DNA of 32,000 nt from Edaphobacter aggregans (GTDB taxonomy: Bacteria; Acidobacteriota; Terriglobia; Terriglobales; Acidobacteriaceae). The notes below the pieces were generated by a model that had not been told where the DNA came from, did no database searches, and saw nothing but the letters and a program-made list of their open reading frames with translations. The stretch is taken from NCBI RefSeq assembly GCF_003945235.1, contig NZ_RSDW01000001.1:2280001-2312000 (forward strand). The letters are read 5' to 3'. The translations under genes were made by a program, and so were the position numbers. Of the stretch, positions 25,011 through 32,000 are shown in pieces (position 1 is the stretch's first letter; every line of letters starts with the position of its first letter).

Positions 25011-26743
25011 GCCCCGCCTCCTGTAGCTTGTCCTGCTGTAGCAACTGAGGCGATTGGCCCGTCGCTTTCCGTAGTTCCGCTGTAACGCACCAGTAGAAGA
25101 GTTAAATCGTCGGCCTGGCTTATACCCGCGCTGAATCCCTCGACGGCTTTGACGATCGATTCTTTCACTTGATCAAGTGGCGACTCGTGATGTCCTCGGA
25201 GCATCTCCTGCAGGCGCGCGACGCCGAATAAGTTGTCGTTGACGTCAGCAGCCTCGGTGACGCCATCGCTGAAAAGTACCAGCGTATCGCCTGGCTCCAG
25301 CCTCGCCCGATCTATGGTGTGCTGTGCTTCGGGGACGAGGCCCAGAGGTAAAGAGCCCTTGGTATAGAGTTCGGTCACCTCGTTGCTTCGAAGCAGCAAC
25401 GGTGATGGGTGTCCGGCATTGATGTATTCCAGAGAACCATCCACATCGAGGATGCCGAAAAACATAGTTGCATAGCGGCCCACGGACGAATGTGTGCATA
25501 GGAAGCCATTGATGTGCTGGAAGGCGCGTTCCGGGGTCACATCCATGGCCATTGCGGAAAGCGCGCCCTGCAGCATCGGAGTCAGGAGAGCCGCGCCGAG
25601 CCCCTTGCCGGAGACGTCTGCAATAAGGAAAGCCGTCCGCCGTTTGTCGATCGAGAAGACATCGAAATAATCGCCTCCGACCTCAGTGCAGGGTGTATTG
25701 ACTCCACTGATGACGAGGTGAGGAAAGTCCTTAAAGCTGCGCGGCAAGAGCGCCTGTTGAATCTCCCGGGCAATTCCGAACTCCCGCTCGATGCGCTGGC
25801 GTTCCCGTTCGTGCTCGACCAGGCGCGCGTTGTCCAGGATGCTCGCACTTTCAATCGCTATAGCATCCAGTATCTGGCGGTCGAGGGAGGAAAATGCAGC
25901 TGGCCGCTGCGAGTCGAGATAAAGCACCCCAAGAAATTGACCGCGCTGCGCATGCACCATGGACGCTTCAGTATTGGCGCGAGACATGGCATAGAGGGGA
26001 ATCGCTACCACCGCACGCAGACGTTGGGCAATGACACTCTGCGCACCTTGGAGCGCCCCATCCGCAAGATGCAGGTCTTCGGTAATTACGCTGGACTCCT
26101 GCCGAACCGCCATGCCGATGGCCGTCTGGCTTGGGGAAAGCGAGTTCGCAGACAGCCCCTGAGAACCTCTCTCACGCGCCAGGCGTTGTCGCAACGTTCC
26201 TGTCCCATCCTTCTCAAGCAGCAATCCGCGATCCGCCCCACAAAGGGAAATGGCGCGGTCCAGCATCGCTTCCAACACGGAATCGAGCGGCAACTGCGAG
26301 TGCAGCAGCATGGTCGCTTCCAGCAGAAGTTTCAGCTTGCCGAGACCGCCTGACGACGCGTAGCCTTCCGCAACACTATCCATTCGGGTAAGTAGAGTTT
26401 GCAGCGATGGCGATGCCCGTTCTGTGATCCGAAAAACAAGAGTATAGGACCTGTCGAGACCGAAGCTGATGACATCTCGATCCTTGAGAATCCTTCGATC
26501 GATCCTCTTGCCATTGACGAAGACCCCGAGCCTGTGGCCCCGGTCTTCGAGACAGAACTCATCTCCCTCCGAGACAATAGCCGCGCATTGACGCGACACA
26601 CGCGGATCTTGGATGGGAAGATTATTTCCAGCTTTGCCCCGGCCGATTAAGAAAGGTACTTGGACAACGGACACACGCTCGCGTGAGCTGTCTGGGGCGA
26701 TGACATCAATGGATACTTCCCTGTCGGCAGAGATGTTTGGCAT
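25007..26743 (-). CDS. FHA-GAF-PP2C (SpoIIE/RsbU-type) phosphatase
   Basis: The N-terminal FHA domain reads FLIGRGKAGNNLPIQDPRVSRQCAAIV...GHRLGVFVNGKRI. The central GAF domain includes GADRGLLLEKD...AVVAIPLY...GVLYLDS. The C-terminal SpoIIE-type PP2C includes GGDYFDVF, ADVSGKGLGAALL, NAGHPSPLL and LVLFSDGVTEA. Confidence 0.9.
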   Translation of the reverse strand: MPNISADREVSIDVIAPDSSRERVSVVQVPFLIGRGKAGNNLPIQDPRVSRQCAAIVSEGDEFCLEDRGHRLGVFVNGKRIDRRILKDRDVISFGLDRSYTLVFRITERASPSLQTLLTRMDSVAEGYASSGGLGKLKLLLEATMLLHSQLPLDSVLEAMLDRAISLCGADRGLLLEKDGTGTLRQRLARERGSQGLSANSLSPSQTAIGMAVRQESSVITEDLHLADGALQGAQSVIAQRLRAVVAIPLYAMSRANTEASMVHAQRGQFLGVLYLDSQRPAAFSSLDRQILDAIAIESASILDNARLVEHERERQRIEREFGIAREIQQALLPRSFKDFPHLVISGVNTPCTEVGGDYFDVFSIDKRRTAFLIADVSGKGLGAALLTPMLQGALSAMAMDVTPERAFQHINGFLCTHSSVGRYATMFFGILDVDGSLEYINAGHPSPLLLRSNEVTELYTKGSLPLGLVPEAQHTIDRARLEPGDTLVLFSDGVTEAADVNDNLFGVARLQEMLRGHHESPLDQVKESIVKAVEGFSAGISQADDLTLLLVRYSGTTESDGPIASVATAGQATGGGA

Positions 26744-27002
26744 AGCAGGTGTTCAGTGTTGCGATTCTATCGTGCAAACCGACGAGCGCCGCTTATTTAG
26801 ACAGACTTAAATCGTCTGGATTCCTCAAGTTGGCTGATAACAGGAGAAACGGGTCTAAAACATCCGAAGTTAATGCTTTAGCTTAGGCGGCCTCGCCAAC
26901 GTCGTTACTGTTTGTCTCTGTCGACGGCCAGCTCTCGCCCACGTATGGTAGACCTCTCTTCGGTTCCGGCTAACTCTATGATTCCGCCGATCTTAGATAG
27001 AT

Positions 27003-27060
27003 TTGACACGTTAGAGGTCGGCGGCTCGAATCCGCTCGTGCCTACGATTTCTTGCAATAA
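27003..27060 (+). repeat. direct repeat copy R: truncated, mutated tRNA-Val 3' fragment (putative attR)
   Basis: TTGACACGTTAGAGGTCGGCGGCTCGAATCCGCTCGTGCCTACGATTTCTTGCAATAA matches 16137..16194 at 52/58 positions. It begins at the anticodon loop and has no matching 5' half upstream. The mismatches break the anticodon stem and change the conserved TTC of the T-loop to CTC. Confidence 0.7.
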
Positions 27061-27211
27061 GAGATAGACACCTTCGACCATGCGCCGGTCAGATCCCGTT
27101 CCTCTATTGCACTGCTTCGACCAACCTCATGAATTGAGATACTGTCACTGCGCCGTCAGCTTGTTGGAATCGACAGCATGAGCGGACACTCACGCGCGAT
27201 AAGAGAGAGAA

Positions 27212-28309
27212 GTGTCCAAAGAAATCAATCAGAATCGTCGCTGCTTTCTTGGTACTGCGGCGATGACCATTGCCGCAGCTCAGTTCGGTGTGATCGGTTC
27301 TTTAAAAGCACAGCCCAGCAAGACGCCCGTACTGCTTCGATTACCGATTGAAGGTAAGCTACCATCTCTCGGAGGTGCGACCGGATGGCTCAACTCGCAG
27401 CCATTGACGGCGGTTGGCCTGCGCGGAAAGGTTGTCCTCATTGGCTTCTGGACCTATACCTGCATCAATTGGCGACGGACACTTCCTTATCTCCGCGCGT
27501 GGGCCGAGAAATACGAGCACCAAGGGTTGGTGGTGCTTGGCGTGAGTACACCGGAGTTCGCATTCGAGAAAAACGTCGACAACGTTCGCTGGGCTGCGAA
27601 GGACATGAAGATCGATTACCCGATCGCAGTCGATAACGACTATGCGATATGGCGTGCCTTCAACAATCAATATTGGCCGGCCCTCTATTTCATCGATGCG
27701 CAGGGGCATATTCGACATCATCAATTCGGCGAAGGCGAGTACGAACAGTCGGAAGTGATTATTCAACAATTGCTGGCGGAAGCCGGAAACAACGGCACAA
27801 GTCATGGACTGGTTTCGGTCGATGCCCGCGGTGCGGAAGTGGCCGCAGATTGGGGCAATCTGAAGTCTCCGGAAAACTATGTTGGCTATGAACGCACCGA
27901 GAACTTCGCATCTCCGGGTGGAGCGGTCTCGAATAAGCCGCATATCTATGGTGTCCCCGCGCGGTTAGGACTCAATCATTGGGCCCTCTCGGGCGATTGG
28001 ACGATGGAAAAGCAATCTGTTGCTCTGAACAGGGCCAACAGTCGGATCATTTACTGTTTCCACGCGCGGGATCTTCATCTCGTCATGGGACCTGCAGAGC
28101 GCGGGACTTCCGCTCGATTTCGCATACTCATAGATGGTGAGCCGCCGGCCGCTGGTCACGGAGTCGACGTTGACGAACAAGGCAACGGCACGGTGACGGA
28201 ACAGCGGATGTATCAATTGGTCCGCCAATCAGAGCCAATCCATGATCGCCTGTTCGAGATCGAATTTCTCGATCCGGGGGTGGAGGCCTTTGCGTTCACG
28301 TTCGGTTGA
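27212..28309 (+). CDS. Tat-exported thioredoxin-fold (redoxin) protein with DipZ-like C-terminal beta-domain
   Basis: GTG start. The twin-arginine signal is NRRCFLGTAAMTIAAAQFG. The redoxin core is KVVLIGFWTYTCINWRRTLPYLRAWAEKYEHQGLVVLGVSTPEFAFE...YPIAVDNDYAIWRAFNNQYWPALYFID. The C-terminal domain ends ...VEAFAFTFG. The active site reads CINW rather than CxxC. Confidence 0.8.
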   Translation: MSKEINQNRRCFLGTAAMTIAAAQFGVIGSLKAQPSKTPVLLRLPIEGKLPSLGGATGWLNSQPLTAVGLRGKVVLIGFWTYTCINWRRTLPYLRAWAEKYEHQGLVVLGVSTPEFAFEKNVDNVRWAAKDMKIDYPIAVDNDYAIWRAFNNQYWPALYFIDAQGHIRHHQFGEGEYEQSEVIIQQLLAEAGNNGTSHGLVSVDARGAEVAADWGNLKSPENYVGYERTENFASPGGAVSNKPHIYGVPARLGLNHWALSGDWTMEKQSVALNRANSRIIYCFHARDLHLVMGPAERGTSARFRILIDGEPPAAGHGVDVDEQGNGTVTEQRMYQLVRQSEPIHDRLFEIEFLDPGVEAFAFTFG

Positions 28310-28462
28310 TCCACTTGCTGAGGCACTTTACACGATCACATACCGAAACCCATGAGCGAATTTTCATATGTAATCGGTAATATGATTTTTTGTAGTTGCA
28401 GGAGCTAAACGTACGGAGCAGGGTCCTCTGAGAACTCAGCGAGAAACAAAAAGGAGTTGAGT

Positions 28463-29184
28463 ATGGCAAGCAAAAAGACGGTGATCGCCACCGGCGCCTC
28501 GCAAGGAATAGGAGCAGCCGTGGTTAAGGCATTCCTGGATCGCGAATATAACGTCGTTGCAACGTCGCGTAGCATTTCCAAAGCCGGCTTTGCACCGTCC
28601 CCGAATCTCGCGCTCGTCGACGGAGACATCGGCCAGTCAGCGACAGCCGAGAAGGTTGCACAGACCGCAATCAACAAGTTCGGCTCGATCGACCATGTTG
28701 TCAATAATGCGGGGATCTTCGCAGCCAAGCCGTTCACGGACTATACCGTCGACGAGTTTCGGAGTTTCGTTTCCACTAACCTGGAAGGGTTCATCTTTAT
28801 CACCCAGCTTGCGGTCAAGCAGATGCTGTCGCAGGGTACCGGTGGCAGCGTGACAACCATTACGGCTTCGTTGGCGGAGAACCCCAACGTAGCTACCCCG
28901 GCGTCGATTCCAATGATCACCAAGGGGGGCTGGATGCGATTACCATCAGTCTCGCTATTGAGTATGCGAAGAATAACATCCGATTTAACGCAGTCGCGCC
29001 GGGCGTCGTCGACACCCCTCTCCACAAAAACAACCCGCCAGATTTTCTGAAGACCCTTTCCCCCATGGGCACGATCTCCGATCCGAAGGACATAGCTGAG
29101 GCGGTCGTTTATCTAACGGAAGCTCGTAACGTAACCGGGGAGGTGCTGCACGTGGACGGTGGTGCGCACGTGGGCCGATGGTAA
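28463..29184 (+). pseudogene. SDR-family oxidoreductase interrupted by a 1-nt frameshift in a G6 run
   Basis: ATG 28463 lies behind AAGGAG, and the Rossmann motif is TGASQGIGAA...NNAG. After ...PMITKGG the frame is lost at GGGGGG (28924..28929). The shifted frame continues with the canonical LDAITISLAIEYAKNNIRFNAVAPGVVDTPLH...VTGEVLHVDGGAHVGRW to TAA 29182..29184. Confidence 0.8.
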
Positions 29185-29666
29185 GCAATAAAGGTTCGCA
29201 GTCGGGTAGTGCTGATCGCCGGTTGCAGGACCTTGGAATTCAGCTCCCAGAAGTTCCGAAGCCGTTTGGCACTTACGTCGAGACAGTACAAACGGGCAAT
29301 CTTCTCTTCTTTAGTGGCATGCTTCCAGTTGTCGACCACAAGCCGAAGTACATTGGCCGGCTTGGAAAAGAGCTCGATGCCGAGGCTGGGCGCGATGCCG
29401 CCTACACTGCGGCTTTGAACGTCCTCGCTGCGGCCAAAGAGCATTTAGGCTCACTTGATCGAGTGACTCGCGTTGTCCGGCTTGGAGTGTTCATGGCGAC
29501 CTCCGGCGACTTCTTCGACCAGCCCAGGGTAGCGGACGCTGTCTCTGACCTGTTTCGAGACGTCTTCGGCGCCGAAAAAGCATCGGTGCGGTTAGTAATC
29601 GGCGTTGCCAGTCTTCCCCTGGGGATGCCGATTGAGCTCGAGGTCATCTTCGAAGTCACGGAGTAG
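29178..29666 (+). CDS. RidA/YjgF/L-PSP family protein
   Basis: 162 aa: ...YVETVQTGNLLFFSGMLPV...RVVRLGVFMATSGDFFDQPRVADAVSDLF...ASVRLVIGVASLPLGMPIELEVIFEV. The start overlaps the reconstructed SDR 3' end by 7 nt. Confidence 0.85.
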   Translation: MVSNKGSQSGSADRRLQDLGIQLPEVPKPFGTYVETVQTGNLLFFSGMLPVVDHKPKYIGRLGKELDAEAGRDAAYTAALNVLAAAKEHLGSLDRVTRVVRLGVFMATSGDFFDQPRVADAVSDLFRDVFGAEKASVRLVIGVASLPLGMPIELEVIFEVTE

Positions 29667-29708
29667 AAAAAGCAGGCAGAGGCCCAATGGTCTCTGCCTG
29701 TTGCTTTT
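29667..29708 (+). terminator. intrinsic terminator after the RidA-like gene
   Basis: CAGGCAGAG (29673..29681) pairs with CTCTGCCTG (29692..29700) as a 9-bp perfect stem. It is extendable by AAAAGCA/TGCTTTT and is followed by TTGCTTTTC. Confidence 0.7.
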
Positions 29709-29841
29709 CAGAGGATAGCCATGACACTACTGCAGACGCTAGTATCCGAGGTCTCCGCGATTGCAGGCCCAGTTCTTCGCTGGAACGGTGAACGAAGGGG
29801 CAAATGAAGCACGCGTCGAAGCTGAGTAGATCAGAGGACAT

Positions 29842-30801
29842 ATGAATAAGAATAAATCGATCATTCGGGCGCTGATGACCTTCGCGGTCGTGCTCGCCAC
29901 TACCTTGGGTGCCAATGCTCAGAAAAAGGAGAAAGCCATGGAACAGCAGGTGTTTTATCGGACAGTGAAGGTCGACGGGCTCTCCATCTTCTACCGAGAG
30001 GCGGGACCGAAAGACGCTCCCACCATTCTTTTCCTGCATGGCCTTCCATCGTCGTCGCGAATGTTTCAGCCTCTACTGGCACGGCTTGCAGACAACTATC
30101 ATCTGGTTGCGCCCGACTATCCGGGCTTCGGACATAGCGACTGGCCCGACCCCAAACAGTTCGATTACACCTTCGACCACATCGCTTCCGTGATGAACGG
30201 CTTCACGCAAGCACTGGGTTTGTCCCACTACACACTTTATATGCAGGACTACGGTGGGCCGGTTGGCTTTCGCATGGCATTGACGCACCCCGAGCGGGTA
30301 CAGGCTCTCATCGTCCAGGACGCGGTCTCTCACAACGAAGGTCTTGGGGCAAACTGGGCGACACGTCGGGCATTCTGGGCGGACCGACCTGCTCATGAAG
30401 AGGCGTTGCGTCAAAACCTGCTGTCGCTTGCGACCACGAAGACACGCCACATAGGAGACGATCCAAATACCGAACTCTATGACCCGGATCTTTGGACGGA
30501 TGAGTACGCATTTCTGAACGCGCCAGGGCAAGCGCAAATTCAAAGCGATCTCTTCTATGACTACCGCACGAACGTCGATGCTTATCCAAAGTGGCAGGCG
30601 TGGCTACAGAAGACGCAGCCAAAGCTTTTGGTCCTCTGGGGCAAGCACGATCTCTCGTTCGATCCCGGTGAGCCCGAGCGCTACCGCAAGGACGTACCGA
30701 ACGCAGCGGTTTATGTACTCGACGCAGGGCACTTCGCGCTTGATACCAAAGCCGATGAGATTGCGGCACGGGTACGTGACTTCATGAAGACACAGAAGTA
30801 A
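29842..30801 (+). CDS. secreted alpha/beta-fold hydrolase (epoxide hydrolase/haloalkane dehalogenase-like)
   Basis: The signal peptide is MNKNKSIIRALMTFAVVLATTLGANA. The body includes VDGLSIFYREAGPKDAPTILFLHGLPSSSRMF...APDYPGFGHSD, the nucleophile-elbow region MQDYGGPVGF, and a C-terminal DAGHFALD. Confidence 0.85.
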   Translation: MNKNKSIIRALMTFAVVLATTLGANAQKKEKAMEQQVFYRTVKVDGLSIFYREAGPKDAPTILFLHGLPSSSRMFQPLLARLADNYHLVAPDYPGFGHSDWPDPKQFDYTFDHIASVMNGFTQALGLSHYTLYMQDYGGPVGFRMALTHPERVQALIVQDAVSHNEGLGANWATRRAFWADRPAHEEALRQNLLSLATTKTRHIGDDPNTELYDPDLWTDEYAFLNAPGQAQIQSDLFYDYRTNVDAYPKWQAWLQKTQPKLLVLWGKHDLSFDPGEPERYRKDVPNAAVYVLDAGHFALDTKADEIAARVRDFMKTQK

Positions 30802-30806
30802 GAAGC

Positions 30807-31842
30807 CTAGCGTAGGCTCCGCGCCAAGCCCGTCGAATCGCGAACCACCAGAGACGTCTTCACCGCATACTGTTTGCCGACTTCGTTAGGATTCTTTCCC
30901 GACGATTCCAGCGCTTTGAAGAACACCTCGGCAAGTTCGTGCCAGGGTAAGCGGATCGTAGTGAGCGGGATAGACGATATCGCTTAGGTCGATATCGTCG
31001 AAGCCGACGATGGAAAAATCCTTTGGAACCGAGAGACCATTCTTGCGGATCACGCGCAAGGCGCCGATAGCGGTCAGATCGTTCGCAGTCAGCAGCGCTG
31101 TTGGACGATGCCTGAGAGCGAGCACTTCGGTCATCGCACTTTCACCGCCTGTAATGCGGTAGTTCCCCACTCGGATGAAGGCTGGATCAACCTCCAGGTC
31201 AGCGGAGCGCATAGCGTTGACGAACGCCCGGACGCGATGATCGGAGATAGTGGGGCCATCCGAACCACCTATGTATCCGATCTTCCGATGCCGTAATTGC
31301 TTGAGATGCTGAACCGCCTGATTCATTCCGCTTGCATAGTCAATAGCCACATCACTCAGGCCAGGGGCCAGCAAAAGCCGGTCCATCGTCACCAGCGGCA
31401 CACGGTGATGAATCACCGCCTCGATCGGCTCGGTTTCAATCTCGGCAGCCAGCAGAGCTATTCCATCCACTTTTCGGACAAGCATCCTGTATATCGTCTG
31501 CTGCATCTTCGACGGATGAAAGTCTGTGGTCGCCATCAACATATCCTGATTGTGGTCGACGAGAATCGATTCGAAGCTCCGAATGAACTCAGGGAAGAAG
31601 GGGTTCGTAATATCCGGGATAATGAGGCCGTACGTACTGCTTCTGCCGTACTTGAGCGTCGTAGCGCTGCCGTAGGGGACAAACTTCAAGTCCGCGATCA
31701 CACGTCGGACGCGCTCAGCCGTTACAGGTTTCACGAGATTAGAGCCATTGATGACACGCGAAACCGTCGCACTCGAGACTCCAGCGACCTTTGCAAATAT
31801 CACGCATGTCCATCGACCCTTCCCACCCTTCGAAAACCTCAT
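30807..31842 (-). pseudogene. LacI-family transcriptional regulator with a C-terminal frameshift (and a probable N-terminal one)
   Basis: The main ORF 30886..31842 carries the HTH AKVAGVSSATVSRVING and the sugar-binding core (GLIIPDITNPFF, IVGFDDIDLSD). After ...IVYPA the canonical tail TTIRLPWHELAEVFFKALESSGKNPNEVGKQYAVKTSLVVRDSTG continues in another frame to TAG at 30807..30809. At the 5' end the SD-preceded ATG 31813 (MDMRDI...) is one nt out of frame with AKVAGVS. Confidence 0.7.
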
Positions 31843-32000
31843 TCTTACAAACGCGACGGCGATTCACCTTAAACATGACGCGGGGAAATCTGAAAAATAA
31901 CGATAGCGTTCGGGCTTGTCAGCCGTGATTGGCGACCCCAACCATCCGCCAACGCCTGAAGGCATAGGCTCAGCCTCGCTTTTGGCTGGTCGAAGCCGCT

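Noticed and set aside
26883-26950. Second integrase C-terminal remnant upstream of the tRNA-Val fragment (LGGLANVVT ... GQLSPTYGR)
   Set aside because: The similarity to the 8412..8640 remnant needs several frame changes and gaps and rests on a handful of residues. It is noted as a hint only and not called as a feature.
31899-31910. AACGATAGCGTT palindrome upstream of the LacI-family gene as a LacI operator
   Set aside because: It has only 4-bp arms around a 4-nt centre and lacks the TGnnAnCG-CGnTnnCA-type symmetry of LacI/GalR operators. That is too weak to annotate.

Overview
This 32-kb chromosomal window looks like an Acidobacteriota (Terriglobia-like) genome. That is an inference from gene content: two giant TonB-dependent receptors with carboxypeptidase-regulatory-like N-termini, a secreted TPR protein, and ROK and LacI regulators. 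Left to right the window holds the following. (1) A secreted hypothetical protein, a TPR protein and TBDR-1 on the minus strand, divergent from a ROK regulator. (2) A decayed tyrosine-integrase 3' fragment reading into a tRNA with a CAT anticodon. (3) The best lead: a 57-aa peptide gene missed by the ORF track (8988..9161, strong SD, promoter-like element), followed after a 412-nt structured spacer by an FxsB/XyeB-like radical SAM/SPASM enzyme. This is a candidate new cyclophane-type RiPP locus, and spot counts suggest lower GC than its flanks. (4) A DinB-like protein, an iscR-iscS-iscU-iscA-hscB operon without hscA or fdx, a small acidic protein, a pgsA-like gene and tRNA-Val(GAC). (5) A 58-nt imperfect copy (52/58) of the tRNA-Val 3' half at 27003..27060. 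Together with the intact tRNA it brackets about 10.8 kb that looks like a degraded tRNA-integrated island. The island carries a four-gene thiophilic-metal module (Cys/Met-rich lipoprotein, OM barrel, periplasmic HMA protein, MerT-like permease), a TBDR with a Met-rich loop, and an FHA-GAF-PP2C / Hanks kinase / STAS / RsbW-like partner-switching cluster with no sigma factor nearby. (6) A Tat-exported DipZ-like thioredoxin-fold protein with CxxW instead of CxxC, an SDR gene frameshifted in a G6 tract, RidA, a secreted alpha/beta hydrolase, and a frameshifted LacI-family gene. No CRISPR array, rRNA, or intact IS or transposase was seen. All family assignments come from motif recognition by eye, not from database searches.
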